Shown: positions 49,249 through 63,746, counted from the first letter of the stretch. The stretch is 64,000 nucleotides of DNA from the human T2T-CHM13v2.0 reference genome, Homo sapiens (GCF_009914755.1 NC_060931.1); one strand, 5' to 3'. Program-made: numbers and translations. Notes: a model not told the origin generated them from the sequence alone.

Positions 49249-49469
49249 ATATTAGAAACAATAAGCTAAAATTAGCACAAATATATGATAAATAATTTAA
49301 CAGACAAAGAGATGGGAAATAAAACAAATTTTTTAAAAGTTATAAGACTAAGAATTCAAAAGTTTAGTAAACAAAGGCAATCAGGATTTTCCAAGCAAAA
49401 GCAATTACCATGTCTAGCAAATCCCCCAACAATTTGCCCTCACCCAAGACATGGAGCTCTCCTTAAGAA

Positions 49470-50043
49470 AATGGTTCTCAAACTTTAGTATTTACAGAGT
49501 TTGTTAATGCAGATTCCAAGGTCCTCACAAAACGATTCTAATTTCATAGGTCTGAAATGGGGCTCATTAATCTTCATTAATAAGTACCCCAGATTATGTA
49601 ATAAAAAAGGCCCAAGGACCACAGCAGCTACAAAAGGGTTTTCTCAAACAAGGGACAGACTATGGGGCTCCTTATCCTTCGTGTTGCACTTATTGCTTGA
49701 AGTGCTTATGACAAGCCCACATTTAAAATTTCAGAATCAAAAGTTAACATGCTCCACTCCCTTAGTTATAGCTCAATTTGAGCTGTCTCACCCTTGTAAG
49801 CTTCCCTCCAGCAATAAAGCAGCATTTTGCAAACTACAGGTCACAACCAATGAGTGAGTCAGAATCATCAATTTAATAGGTTATGACCAGAACAGAAAAT
49901 ATCAGAGGGCATTGCACATAATGATAGTAATTACAATTTAAGTATTGTTACATGAAACTTTTGTTCCAGTTGCATGTATGTGTGTATAGTGCAAAATATA
50001 TTACTTAATATGAGTCATGAGCAAAAAGGTTTGAAAATCTCTG
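49470..50043. mobile_element. hAT-Charlie fossils: MER5-like (about 49470-49625) and Charlie4-like (about 49820-50043)
   Basis: tggttctcaaact...ttgttaatgcagattcc...taggtctgaaatggggc; caaactacaggtcacaacc...aaaaggtttgaaaatctctg. Confidence 0.6.
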
Positions 50044-50670
50044 CCATAAAGAATATGATGAATTTGTCAAGAAGCTAAAAACTTTTTAGGAGAATAGTTC
50101 ACCAGAAACACCCTCAAAGTCTAAGAAAAAAAAAATTTTAATGATCATAATTTCATTTTATCATATTTCTGTAGGGTTTAATTATTCAGGCATATCAATG
50201 CTTCAAAGAAGAAATTTCATATGCATTTATTCCAGCATCCCTCTGAACTAGCAGGTGAGAGGATTATGGTCCCCTTTCTTTTAGAAACTTACAGAGTAGA
50301 GTTATTATTAACCCATGAAATTAATAATTAGAGGGCAGTACAAAAGGATTTATAATCATGAGTTAAACTTACAATGCTGTAGGATTTCTAATAAGTGAAT
50401 GACAGAATTAAAGAAAGTTACATGAAGAAAATAGAGCTTGAGTTTAGACTTAAAGGGAACTTCAGAAAAAGCAGAGGAGAAAAGGTATAATAATGAGTCG
50501 TGTTATACAGTCAGAATAGGCTAAATGCTTGTAAAAAGAATTTCAAAAGCTCAGTGGTATAACACAATAGTGAGTGGACTGACTCCACACAATCATTCAG
50601 AAACCCAGTTTTTTCGAGCTTGTACATCTACCATCCCCTGCGGCATCGTGTCCTCAACTGGATCCTCTGC

Positions 50671-51274
50671 TGTATTGTATTATATACATACATATACATA
50701 AATATAGATATAGATATTGATACAGATATCAAAATCAGTATAGATATCCTGTATATTATGATGTTTTGACACGTTAAAAAAAACATTCCTAGCTGGGGAG
50801 ACACTGCCTCTGCCAGACCTAGCCAATTCTTCCAGCTAGCAAGAGCTCAACCAGAAGCATGCCTTTCATATACAAACTAACCAATCCAGAACCATACCTC
50901 CTCCAGCCAGCATAACCCTGGAGACAATTTCCTCTGCCTTCATCTTCCCAAGGCCAGGTACCAGGCAACCAGGGACCACCCCTACAGCTTAGAATCTGCC
51001 AAAATTATTCAAACTAGCCAGTCCTAAACTGTTCATTCTGCCCTGCCTTGCCTTGCCTTGCCTGCACAGAAACCCCAAAAAGGCTTTGGCCTAGCTGCTA
51101 TTGTCATCTGCTTCCTGACCACTCTGGTGTCTTTCCCATGTGGCCCCACATACCGTGCTTTACCTTCCTGTCTCTAGGACCTGTAAGTCTAATAAACTTT
51201 GTTTTCCTGAGCCTCTCCTCTGTCTGCTCTAGTGGCCATACCTAACTAACCAACTCATAAAAGAATACAAAACA
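50671..51274 (+). mobile_element. ERVL-class solo LTR (MER74-like by eye) inserted in an MLT1 LTR (about 50500-51420)
   Basis: TG...CA termini, exact 5-bp TSD tctgc (50666-50670, 51275-51279), aataaa near the 3' end. Confidence 0.8.
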
Positions 51275-51680
51275 TCTGCCTTCAGCCAGCAGACAGAGGA
51301 GAGAGCATGGAGGATCACAAAGATTTTTCATGGGCCAGGCCTAAAAATGGCACTTCACTTCCTCCCATTTTCCACTGGCCAGACCTCAGTAACCTCTGAT
51401 ATCAGGAAAGATTAAAAAACAGGACAAGAAATCATCCATTCATCATTAGTCATCCCTCTTACAACTAAAACACCCTGAACATAACACCACACACAAAAAT
51501 ATAGGAGGATCTGCAAGGTGGAAAGAAGATAAACTAGAGGCTAGGAACCACAGGACTTGAGAAATGACACCATCGCTCCCCTGGACTTTCTTTTTGCTTC
51601 TCATATATCCTAGATCAGGCACTAGGGAATCCTGCAACCTGTAGCTACCAACAGGCCAAGCAAAAAAAAGGGCCTGAAGA

Positions 51681-51979
<299 letters not shown>

Positions 51980-52834
51980 TTAAGAAAAGCCTACTCTCTC
52001 TAGCCAAAGGACCAGGAAAAGGAAGACCTAGCAGAACAGAAACATTTTTGCTAATAACCATCCTAATCCAGTCAAACATCAAAGGAAAAACTACCCCACC
52101 CCATCCCCCAACACCATGGTGTCAGCAGGGCCCAGCAAGGAGCTGGACTTCTAACCCCACTCAGCAATTAGGAGATGGGGCAAGTAGGCCCTTCACTTCC
52201 CCGTATCAGGTGTCAAAGAGGTGGAATGAGAGTGCAAGTGGTGCCAGTTAGCAGCCCACTTTCCCCACCCCAGTTAGTTGAGCAATTTCTTTAGAAGTTA
52301 AACATAAATGTACCATGCCACTCAGCAACCCCACTATTACGTATCTGCCCAAGAGAAATGAAATCATGTATATACACGTAACTGTACACAAATATCTATA
52401 GCAGCATTACTCACGATAATGAAAACATCAAAACCCAAACATTTATCATCTGGTGAGTGGAGAAACAAAATGTGGTATATTCATACAGAGAATACTTTTT
52501 GCAATAAACAGACACAAAATGCTAATACATAGTACAACATGGCTAAACCTCAAAAAAATCTAGTAAGTAAAAGAGCCAGTCAGGAAAAACCACATTAGTA
52601 TGGTTCTATTTACAGGAAAGGTTCAGAAAAGGCAAATCTATAAATCAGATCAGCAGTTGCCTAAGGAAAGAGATGGGAGTGAGGATTAACTTCAAACAAG
52701 CATAAGGTTCCTTTCTCAGGTGATGAAAATATTTTAAAACCGGGTTATGGTAATGATTGCATGACTCCATAAGTTTACTTTTAATACTATTTATTGATAT
52801 TTTATTATATAAAACATAATTTTTAATAAAAAAT

Positions 52835-54900
52835 TCAAGTCATCCCAAAGCGTTCTACAGATTCAATTGCACTATCTTTAAAACTCTGATGTCATTTTTC
52901 GCAGAAATACACAACACAATCCTAAATTCATATGGAACCACAAAAGACCCTGAATAGCCAAACAATCTTAAGCAAGAAGAACAAAGCTGGAGGCATCACA
53001 CTACTTAACTCAAATGCAAAATTATAGTAATCAAAACAGTATGGTACTAGCATAAAAACAGACATATAGACCAATGTAATAGAATAGAGAATCCAGAAAT
53101 AAATGTACACATTTATGAAAAATCAATTTTCAACAAAGATGCCAAGAACATACAATGAGGAAAGAATAGGTTCTTCAATAAATGGTGCTTGGAAAACTGA
53201 ATATCCACATGAAGAAGAATAAAATCAGACCCTTATCTCACACCATATACAAAAATCAACTCTCAATGGATTTTTAAAGATGATGCCTGAAACTGTAAAA
53301 CTACCTGAAACTGTAAAACTACTAGAAGAAAACATAGGGAGAAAAGCTCCATGACACTGATCTGAGCAATGATTTGTTAGATACGACCCCAAAAGCACAA
53401 GCAACAAAGCAAAAATAGACAGCTGAGCTCCTATCAAACTGAAAAGTTTCTGAAGAGAGAAGGAAACAATCAACATGGTAAAGAGACAATCTATGGAATG
53501 GAAGAAAATATTTGCAAACCATATATCTAATAAGGGGTTAATGTATAAAATATAAGGTACACAAACAACTCTATAGCAAGAAAACAACTTGATTTTAAAA
53601 TAGGAAAAAGACCTGTATAGAGAATTCTCAAGACATACAAATGGCCCAGAAGCATATAAAAAATATTCAATATCACTAATTATCAGGGAAATGGAAATTA
53701 AATTAAATGTGCAATGAGATGTCACCTCATACCTGTTAGGAAGGCTATTATCAGAAATTCAAGAGATAAATGTTGGTGAGAATATGCAGAAAAGAGAACC
53801 CTTGTGCTCTATTGGTAGGAATGTAAATTAGTTCAACCATTATGAAAAATAGGGATATATCTCAAAGAATTGAAAACAGAACTACCAGATGATCTACCAC
53901 TCTCACTTCTGGATATGTATCCAAAGGAAATGAAATCAGTAAGTCAAAGAAATATCTTCACTCCCATTTCATTGCAGAATTATTCAAAACAGCCAAGATA
54001 TGGAAGTAACCTAAATGCTCATAAATGGATGAAGGGATAAAGAAAGTGTAGTCAGTGTGGGTGTGGGTTTCTGTATATATATGAGTGCGTGTGGATATTC
54101 TTCTGCAGGTGTATATATACACACACACAGTGGTATATATACTATGAAATATTATTCAGCTTTTAAAAAGAAGGAAATCTTGTTATTTGTGACAGTGTGG
54201 ATGAACCTAGAGAACATTATGTTAAATGAAATAAGCCAGGCACAGAAAGACAAATACTGCATGATCTCACTTATATGGGTAATCAAAAAAAGCTGGACTC
54301 ACAGAAGCAGAGAGTAGAATAGTGGTTGCAAAGAGCTGAGAAGTAGGGAAAATGAGAAGATGTTGGTCACAGTATACAAAGTTTCAGTTATGTAGGATTA
54401 ATAATTTCTGGAAGTCTAATGTACAGCAAGGTGACTATAGCTAATAATACTGTATTATACACTCGAATTTTACTAAGAGAGTAGATCTTAAATGTTCTCA
54501 CCACCAAAAAGAAGGTAACTATATGAAGTAAAGGGTATGTTAATTAGTTTGTGGTAATCATTTCATAATGTCTACACATATCAAAATATCATGTATACTG
54601 TTCTCACTCACAGGTGGGAACTGAACAATGAGAACACTTGGACACAGAATGGGCAACATCGCACACCGGGGCCTGTGGTGGGGTTGGGGGATGGGGGAGG
54701 GATAGCATTAGGAGATATACCTAATGTAAATGACGAGTTAATGGGTGTGGCACACCAACATGGCACATGTATACATATGTAACAAACCTGCACATTGTGC
54801 ACATGTACCCTAAAACTTAAAGTATAATAAAAATATATATATATCATGTATACTTTAAATATATGTAATTGTTGCCAGTTTACCTCAGTAAAGCTGGAAA
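52835..54900 (+). mobile_element. L1MA-type ORF2 3' half and 3'UTR, nested in an older L1MD/ME 3' end (about 52275-52790 and 54900-54975)
   Basis: Degenerate ORF2 text (aacaaagctggaggcatcacactac; ttcaataaatggtgcttggaaaactg) and L1MA 3'UTR (agagtagatcttaaatgttctcacc). Confidence 0.8.
54600..54840 (+). mobile_element. Short 5'-truncated L1PA 3' end
   Basis: L1PA 3'UTR; 14-bp TSD atatcatgtatact at 54586-54599 and 54841-54854. Confidence 0.92.
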
Positions 54901-56657
54901 ACATCATTACATCACTTACAATGGGTAAATTCAATGGTATATAAATTATACCTCAATAAAAATGTGTTTTAAAAAGTAGATGGACTGGCATAATGAACCA
55001 CCATGTAATCCATCACCTAGAGCCAACAATTATGGATTCATAGCCAATCTTGTTTCATCTGTAACCCTTCTACTTTTATTCTTGCCATATTATTTTAAAG
55101 TACATCTCAGCTATTATGCATTTCACTGCAAATTTTATAATATTCATACTATGAGGATAAGGGTTTTTTTTAACATAACAGCAGTAAATACCATTATCAC
55201 CCCAAAAAACAATGTATCAAAGCACAAGTGATATAAGTAGTGCTTTGCTTGACCATTTTAGATAATCTCTTGTTGCTTTCTGCTATTTTCATTCTCCTCT
55301 CTTTCTTTCAACTACATTTAGTATCTGATAGCTCCAATTTCTAAAGCCTTTAAAGTCTAGTTCGGCTAATGGTTGCTTCTGACTCTCACTTACAGAGCTC
55401 ATTTTCTCATGCAATATTTTTACTGGGATATAATGTTCATCAAACTTTATCTTTGGGATTCTATAAGGCCTGGTTGCAAGCTGCATGTGCCCAGGGAATT
55501 TGGTGCCTGAGGCTGCTCTAAACCCAGGCCACTGTAAATTAATATCTCAGTTTAGGGTTTTTCAGGTGCAGTGAATGTGAATTCAAACCTCAATTCCACA
55601 TCAGGGCTTTCTCTCTCAGAGCCTAGACAATTTTTCTTACAGAACAGATTTTTGCTTTAGTCTACCCATTTCCTAAAGATGTGTCTCTTCTATGGTCCTG
55701 ACTTTATTAAGAATTTCTGTTCCAATTTCCTGCCTTCTATGAGCCTATGGCCTTGTCTTCTGATCCCCATGTGGCCATTGAAACCAAAAGCTCTAAATGA
55801 CCAGGAATTGACAAATATCCATGTGACAGCTACTGACTTTAATGTATACTTACTGCCCTGGAAATGTATTCCCCCTTATTGTGGTCTCTGAGAATTTCCC
55901 TTGCTTCCCTGCAAGTTAGTTACACATTTTTAAAGTTTTTAATGTTTTGTTTTTAATTTTTTAAGAGTTTTGCACTGGGAATATTTCAAGATGTTTCATC
56001 TGCTATATTTCCAGATAGTCTAATCCCTTCTTATAAACTTTAAAATCTTTAGACTTTTTATAAGAGAAACGTATCTTCCATCAACCTGAGCGGCACAGTT
56101 TAAAATCTTTTTCCCCCATTATAACATAAAGCTTAATTTCTATATTTAAGTCCTAAATGTACTACAGAATCATACCAAAATTAAATAACTTACTAAGTAC
56201 ATCATTCCATAAACCAAAATAAAATGGAATAAAACATCACTGTGAGAAGGAATAGTATAAACAGGCACCAAAACAGTGACAAGGCACAACTTTTATTAGT
56301 TATTATTTAGTGAAATGGACAGCACTGTCAGAGTTGGTTCAAGCCAGAGTTCCAAAATTCAATGATTGTCTGAGCTTACGTAAAGTACCTCAACTGTCTG
56401 AGCCTCAGTTGTTTCAAATGTAAAATTTAGAACTTGAGTCATTTCTTAATGTATTTAAAGCTCTATACTACTATGAATAAAGTGTTAAATTTTAAAATCA
56501 GCTGAAGAAAAGCATTAATATACCAATCAGCAAGCATCGTGACTCAGGAAGAATGTACAAGAGTATCAAGAATTAAAGGGGCATGATGTATGCAACCTAC
56601 TTTCAGATGGTTTAATAAGATTTTTTGAGGGTATATATTCATACACGCATAAATACA

Positions 56658-56718
56658 GAGGGAGAGGAAGAGGAGGGGGAGGAGGAGGAAGAGAGAGAGA
56701 AGAGGGAGGGAAAAAAGA
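56658..56718. repeat. Polypurine (GA-rich) tract
   Basis: About 60 consecutive purines. Confidence 0.85.
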
Positions 56719-59129
56719 TAATAAAATAAATATACTAAAATATTGAAACTGGTGTATCTGGGTAGAGAAGCCATAGGAGTTCTACGCACTACTCTTGCAA
56801 CTTTTGTGTAAATCTAAATTTACAACAAGTTTTTAAAAAGTGTAATAAAGTTGGTATTTAAATAACAGATATAACCCTGGCTATATAAAACAGAAACACA
56901 TAGTTATTCTATCATGGGAAGTGAAGAAAAATCCACAAAGGGACATTACAAATTTATCACTCACCAACTGTTTCAGGAACACACGTTTGTTGCTATAAAT
57001 ACAAAGTCTCTATTAATGACAGGTTACAGAACTATGTAAAAACTCATAACTCATCCTAAGGGGTAAAACATCAGGTGAGATTTCTGAGCCAAAAGTAATT
57101 TGGGCAGAAAGCACGCAAGTAAGCCAATAAAGCATTCCAACATTAAATCCTGACTTCCTTTGACGTCAGCCCCAGCAGACCAAGGTGAGTGACGACACAG
57201 AGAAGTCAGCACAGGAGGAAATGTGTGCCAGCTTGTGCCCAGTATCTTGGAAGTGCAAATTTACCAGGTAACATAAAACTCCATAACTCTATCTTAAATG
57301 CTGGTATATAAATCACAATGTATCTCTTTTCTTAAGAGTCTGTATCCAGCTTCTCAGAGTTCAAAATAAGTTACAAGCAATAATGACTGTTGAGTATTAT
57401 TAAGCTGACTGTAGGTTAAAATTTTTTAAAAAAAACATAGATTGAAAGAGAGCTTGCTTTTTGATGATACTTTTAATTTCAAACTCAGCAGGAAACAAGA
57501 TAATCACAGGTAGCTGAAAGTCAAGACAATTTAAAACCCATAAATGTATGTTATTGATGAACAAAGACCTCAATGCTAATTAAACTGCATTTTCCTTCAT
57601 ATTCTGTAATTTCCTAATATATTCTGCATACATTATCTCTAAGGTCTGACCTAGAGATACAGTATTGTGTAGCAGTGTTTTCAAGTATTTTTGCCCTCTG
57701 GCCATGCAAATGAAAAAAGGAAAATGGTACACTATGTAAAAATTATGTATCAATTGCAAAAAAAAAAAAAGATAATGACACAAAATTATTTATTTTACTT
57801 ACTTTTTAAAGTCTTAAATCTTAGTTTTAAATGTGGAAAGCATATACCTTTTATCAGGACCAGTGACCCCACTGCAGGAATTCTCACTCAAATAAAATCT
57901 AAAACTTTGGCATGAGGTCATTAAACTATTCCTAGGGCACCCTTTTACGCTAAAAGCCTCTGTAAGCGATTAAAGTTCTAATTTGAATAATTACATTCCA
58001 CCTACATAAATTCCCTCTGTAGTTTCAACTGTATGCAATATCAGTCTTCATTTCCTGAATTAAATTAATGTCGTGTAATGTGGTGCTTCTTTTTTAAAAA
58101 AAGAAGTACATCTACTTTCATAGGTAACCTTTCAGCAACCAGTAAAAGTGATTCATGTGCATGAGGGGAATAGGTCAGTATGAATAATCATTAACCAACA
58201 ATTTGTGCCAGCATTTATTGTGTCGAGCATTGCAAAAGGGACAACTCATATAATGAAATGAATGCAGCTATACGGCTTTATAAAAATCAAATATTTTATA
58301 AACTAAATCCTATTTTCCATTGAATTTACCAATGCATCATTAGAAACTTTATTTTTTATTTATGGCTTGCCTTTAATTAGCTGATACTTCCCATGTTTGA
58401 TCACCCTTATCTTTCTAGTCAAATACTTAATGAATTGCAAATTAATACTGAAAATCCTAACTTAAAAAAAGAACCACTGAGTAGTGTTTAAAAAGTAAAT
58501 AAGTATTTCTCATAGAGGGAATCTTAAAAACATGCTTCCCCTAATCACAAACCAACAGAATTTTTGAAAGACCGAAAAACAATTCTTACAGCAAAATTTG
58601 TTACTCAAAGTGAATTTCCAGTGTAACCAAAACAGTATTTATTCAATAAACCCAAAAGACTAGTATTACACCTCCCTTTAATGAGATTTAATCTTTCGAT
58701 CCTTGGATATTTCTTAAATAATGTGTCTACCAGTTGCTGAGTGACCTTCAAGAGTGGCTTTTCCCAGAGTAAAGAAAAACAGCTGTGTTCCTTGCAGGAT
58801 GCTCAGTGACTTCCAGAGATCTCCACACCATGCCAACTATTTCAGTCCTTGAGTCATTAGAGAAATTTAAAGAGAAGAATTTATCCCAATTGTCAAAAAT
58901 TCTGTTGAACCCCATGACATAAACGTGTTTAGTTGATCAAAGCTGTATAGTAGCAAAGATGTCTTCAAATATGTTGAATTAGTTAATCCCTAAATCTCAT
59001 TATTATAATTTCTGCTCTTAAAGAATTTAAAGTATGATTTACTGGCATCTAGTGAAACTGTAAATTAAATTATCTATTATACCTAGAGTTGGTCTCAAAT
59101 TCATGAAATATAGATCCAATTGTAAAAAC

Positions 59130-59735
59130 ATATTTTCCTTTCTTCCTAGAATTCCATTCTACTTTGATTCTGAAAATAGCATCCTCTTTCCTCTAGGAAA
59201 TGTCACCTGTACTCCAATCCCCAATTCCCACAGAACAATGTGATTCAAAGAGATGCTGTCATTTTCTTACAGATCACTTGGCCTAGCCACAGGCTTGGGG
59301 TGTGTACTTGTTCAAAGCTGGACCAATCACGGTACCCCATTCTGGTGGCCAAAGTTGATCTGTATAGTTGTATAGATAAGGGCATGTGACCCAAGCTGAA
59401 TACATCACAGTCCTTCCCCAAGATATTCCACACTGAAATCAAGGCAGTAGGAGCAATCTCTCTCAGGCGGTGAAGAAACTGGGCATGCGAGCTGCCAGCA
59501 GCCATGTACCCTGCTATGCAGAGAAAACTGGTCTGAGAGAACTAAGCCAAGATGCAGAGAAGAACTTAAAAAAGACGGAGCACTCCAGCGGCATCCAAGT
59601 CCTGGCTCTAGTTGTCCCTGACAACTGTCTCACTCGTGCCTTCCTTGTGTGTATATAATAAGCCTTCCAATAAATCCCCTTTATACCAAGCTATTTTCCT
59701 ATTACCAGTAGCCAAGGAAACTATACAATATACCA
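59130..59735 (+). mobile_element. LTR16-like ERVL LTR
   Basis: aagctggaccaatca...gggcatgtgacccaagctg...gctgccagcagccatg...ccaataaatcccct. Confidence 0.65.
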
Positions 59736-61622
59736 AACAAATTCTAACATAATACATTTGACTTCTTAGGGATAGGGCCTAGGAATACTGCAAGAAATCC
59801 TAATACCTCTGCAAATTCAAATATATCTAATGCAAACCTGGGTTTAATCCATGAACCGACATTTAGAAATAACATGATTTAACACTTTCTTCACTGCCTT
59901 CTTCACTGGGGATAAGCCTTGTCCTTTCATAAGGCAGTCAAGGTCTTGTGAGCAAGACCTGTATCTTATATTTTGCAATGAATTGCTCTCTCAGCACAAG
60001 CCATGAACATAGATGTTCAGTAGGAATATATTAGGCTAAAAATATGAAGATTGGGATATTATGATTGCCACATGATCCTCTGGAATATCATCAGATCCAA
60101 AGTAAGGAGATTTTGTGTTCTGGAAAAGTCCTTCTTAGAATAGTGATAGCTGTATAGCAAGACAGCAGTAACAAAATTGGGGGAAAAAAAATCATTCTTA
60201 AACTGATTATTTGTTACCAAAAGATACATGCTTGTGAATGGATTCAAAGGGATCCTTGGGACCAAAAAGGAATGTGGGTGGCTGTGAAGAAGGCAGTTTT
60301 AATCTGAAATGAAGAATCTGACTCCAAAGCTCAGCAAAGAAAGTCTACGTTTCCCTAAGGATTGAGTCTAAGACAAGGCTGCTAGGAATTCAAGATTAAA
60401 GAGGCAACGAATGTAAAATACATTCTATCTTAAACATATTAAAGTGTATTTAAAGCCATATGCCTATAAATCTTTCTTTCTATGTTTACTGTACCCCTAC
60501 ATTAAGATATTTTGGCATTCAAAGTAAGTGACCAGTTTGCTTTGGGCTGGTGATCCACTATGGAGAGAACCTGAAAGACACGGTTGAGAGCAGAATCTTC
60601 TGCCCAAGAAAAGGCCCTAACCATGCTCAAATGATGGAAGTAGAATATAAAGGCAGTCCTGTTTTAAAAATGTAGCTTTTCCCAAAGAAGCTAAAGGATT
60701 TCCTGACCTTCTGTATCTGACTACCAGAACTCAGGGAGAAGTTCAATACCATAATTATAATAAATAAAGCAAACTAATTCTAACTCCTTAAAGCTGATAA
60801 CTATGCCCTTAACTAGTTCTAACTGAAACAAAAAGAAAAAAAATTAAGCTGGTTATTCTCTGTATAATTTTGATTTTTTAGAAGCTTATATATTCATTTT
60901 AGTTATTTGTTTTATACAACTATTTACCACAACGCATGAACTTAATACATATTGATAATACAGGAAACCAAATCCTATAACAAAATGCAAATTCTGCCTA
61001 ACTGCTTAAACTTACTAAAAAAGCTAGGTTCTAGACATCAACTTTAGGACAACATAATTTTCTCTAAGTTATTCCAGAAGACTATTTGCATAAAACTTTT
61101 GGAAATCTCCACTCCAAAGTTCTTCCACTGTAAACTGCACTTAATCTTTTCAATTAGCAACATGCTTAAAGAACACAATACAATATCTGGGATCAATGGT
61201 CTAGACATTTCTACAAACTGAAATCATATACCTATATAACAAGAGAGCAACTGATTGTGACTCAAACCCATCTTGCAACTACACTAATAATTTGGCATTA
61301 AAAGGATATTCTAATAGAGCCATATTCACAGAAAACAGTGTCATTTAGTATAATTTCTTAAGAATCTCCATTTAAAATTCTCAGAAAAATTTAAACTACA
61401 GACCCAGAGAACTGATAGTTACTTTTATTAACCTCTCCTCTGATTATAATACGACTGTATTAGAAGACCTTAAGAACAAATTCAGTAAAGTAAAATTTCA
61501 TTTCAATGCCTTTTTATAACCTTTCAGTTCCCAGAATAGGAATAATAATTAGCACTCTCATTTCTAGTGCTTGAAAAACAATGAAGTATGTGCTTTAAAG
61601 AACGAAGTTATATCATTTTCAC

Positions 61623-61757
61623 CTGCATCGATGCTCCTTCTACTCTTGCCACACAGGCGACCCGATCCAAGAAAGTCACTGCCACAGGCACCGCCACAAA
61701 GAAGCCTTTACAAAAGGCCTTGATGTATCTTTTCACCCACCCTTGTGACTGTGCCAT
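61623..61757 (-). CDS. IMMP2L: IMMP2L first coding exon (exon 2), aa 1-45; whole exon 61623-61759 including 2 nt of 5'UTR
   Basis: Translates [45 protein letters not shown], the IMMP2L N-terminus with hydrophobic segment and S26-peptidase catalytic Ser43 (GASM). Minus-strand acceptor ttttcttttgtatttttag-like pyrimidine tract then AG|GT ATG; donor CAG|gtgaaa; 135 nt, phase 0. Confidence 0.97.
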
Positions 61758-62074
61758 ACCTAAAAATACAAAGAAAACAACTATGAAATTAGTCTCAAGA
61801 AAGGTGAAAAACAAAGACATAAAAACAGTACATGAAAAGTAAGAGTTACCGAAGGGCAATCTTGTCTCTTAATATATTACACACTCATTCCTGTAACCAT
61901 TAGAATAAATCTGACTTACTTAAAGTCCTAAAGTGAAATACGTGAACTCAGGTTAATGCTTTTCCACAACTCAAGTCCACTTGCTAACTTCAGTGGGAAA
62001 TTTCTCCCCACAAAACAGTAAGTTAGAAAAAAACAAGCATTCCAGAAGTAAATTCTTTTCTGTTGCTATTATGA

Positions 62075-62480
62075 TGAAGTTACTCCTTATACCCCTGATA
62101 TCTGTTCTCTTCTACAGTAATAAAAGTTTCAGTGGAACATGTGGCTGCCCAACTAAAGACTGTTTTCCAGCCTCCCTTGCAGCTAATTGTGACCATGTCA
62201 CTGGATTTGATCAACAGCATGAGTAGAAAGGATATAATTCTTGGTTGCACCCTGAAAAGGAGGATGCCCTCCCTTTTCTTCCCCATTTTATAACTGTAAT
62301 ACTAACAATTTGGTGGTAGGAGCAGGGGTGGCCATCTCAAACTATGAGATAAAAGCTTCAAGTAAAGATGACAAAGCAACAAAATGGAACGATCCTAGGT
62401 CCGCAACACCATGGAGGCACCATACTGTCCTGCATTGCTTACATTTGGACTGTTAAATCACAGATAAATCACTTGCGCTG
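62075..62480 (+). mobile_element. MLT1-type LTR
   Basis: ttttccagcctcccttgcagctaattgtgaccatgtcact...gccatctcaaactatgag. Confidence 0.6.
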
Positions 62481-62557
62481 TTTGTGGTGGCAGTGTTGGT
62501 GTTGTTGTTGTCGTTGTTGTTTTTAGACAGGGTCTCACTCTGTCACCCAAGCTGGAG

Positions 62558-63746
62558 TCTTGGCAAGACTTTTTTGGATAAGACTTCAAAAGCACAGTCA
62601 ATCATAGCAAAAACAGACAATGGAGATTACATCAAGCTAAAAAGTTTCTGTGCAGCAAACAATCAACGTAATGAAGAGACAACCTACAGAATGGAAGAAA
62701 ATATAAGGAAACTATACTTCTGACAAGAGGCTAATATCCAAAAACGCATAAGGAACTCCAACAATTCAATAGCAAAAAGACAACCCAATTAAAAAATGCC
62801 CAAGAGCTTAACAATAATTTCTCAAAAGAAGACATACAAATAGCCAACAGGTATATGAAAAGAATGCGCAGTCATGAGGGAAATGCAAATCAAAACCACA
62901 TGGATATCATTCCACCCCAGTTAGAATGGCCATTATCAAAAGGCAACAAGTGCTGGCAAAGGTGGAGCAAAAGGAACCCTTATATCTGTTTATGGGAATG
63001 TAAATTAATATGGCCATTACAGAAAAGAGTATGGAGGTTCCTCAAAAAGTTAAAAATAGAACTACCACATGATTCTGCAATCCTATTCTTAGGAATATAT
63101 CCAAAGGAACTGAAATCAGTATATTGAAGAGATATTTGCACTCTTATGTTTATCACAGCACTATTCACAATAGCCAAGGTATGGAATTAATCCAAGTGTC
63201 CATCAATGGATGAATGAACTTTAAGATGTGAGATACATATATATATATTATTTCACCATAAAAAAAGAATGAAATCCTGCCATCTGGTACAACATGGAAA
63301 AACCTGGAGGACATTAAGTAAAATAACCCAGGCACAGAAAGACAATATTGCACGACCACTCATATATAGAATCTAAATAGTTAAACTCATAAAAGTAGAG
63401 AGTAGAAGGGTAGTTACCAGAAGGTGGGGTAGTTAGTGGGGAGGAGAGGTTGGGGAGATGTTGCTCAAAGGATATATAATTATATTTAGGAGGAATACAT
63501 TTCAGGACATCTATTGTTCAGTAAGGTGAGTACAGTTAATGGTAAGATATTGTATTCTTGAAAAATGTAAACAGAGTGGATGTTATATGCTCTTACCACA
63601 AAAATGATAAATATGTTAGGTAATGCATTTATTAATTAGCTAGATTTAACCATTCCACAATGTACATGTACTTCAAAACATTATGTTGTATACAATAAAA
63701 CTCACAATGTTATCTGTTCACTCATAAAATAAATAAAAATAAAAAT
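62558..63746 (+). mobile_element. L1MA-type 3' fragment, preceded by a roughly 40-bp antisense Alu stub (62520-62559)
   Basis: ORF2 C-terminal remnants (DYIKLKSFCAA) and L1MA 3'UTR (attagctagatttaaccattccacaatgtac). Confidence 0.85.

Noticed and set aside
58083-58109. Hairpin gtgcttctttttt/aaaaaaagaagtac
   Set aside because: Mostly a T-run/A-run palindrome, expected by chance in AT-rich DNA and too short for a pre-miRNA.
61608-61859. 83-aa minus-strand ORF suggesting an N-terminally extended IMMP2L
   Set aside because: The extension is the intron polypyrimidine tract read in frame from a non-ATG start. A canonical acceptor lies 2 nt before the real ATG, and the VKMI end is read-through past the donor.
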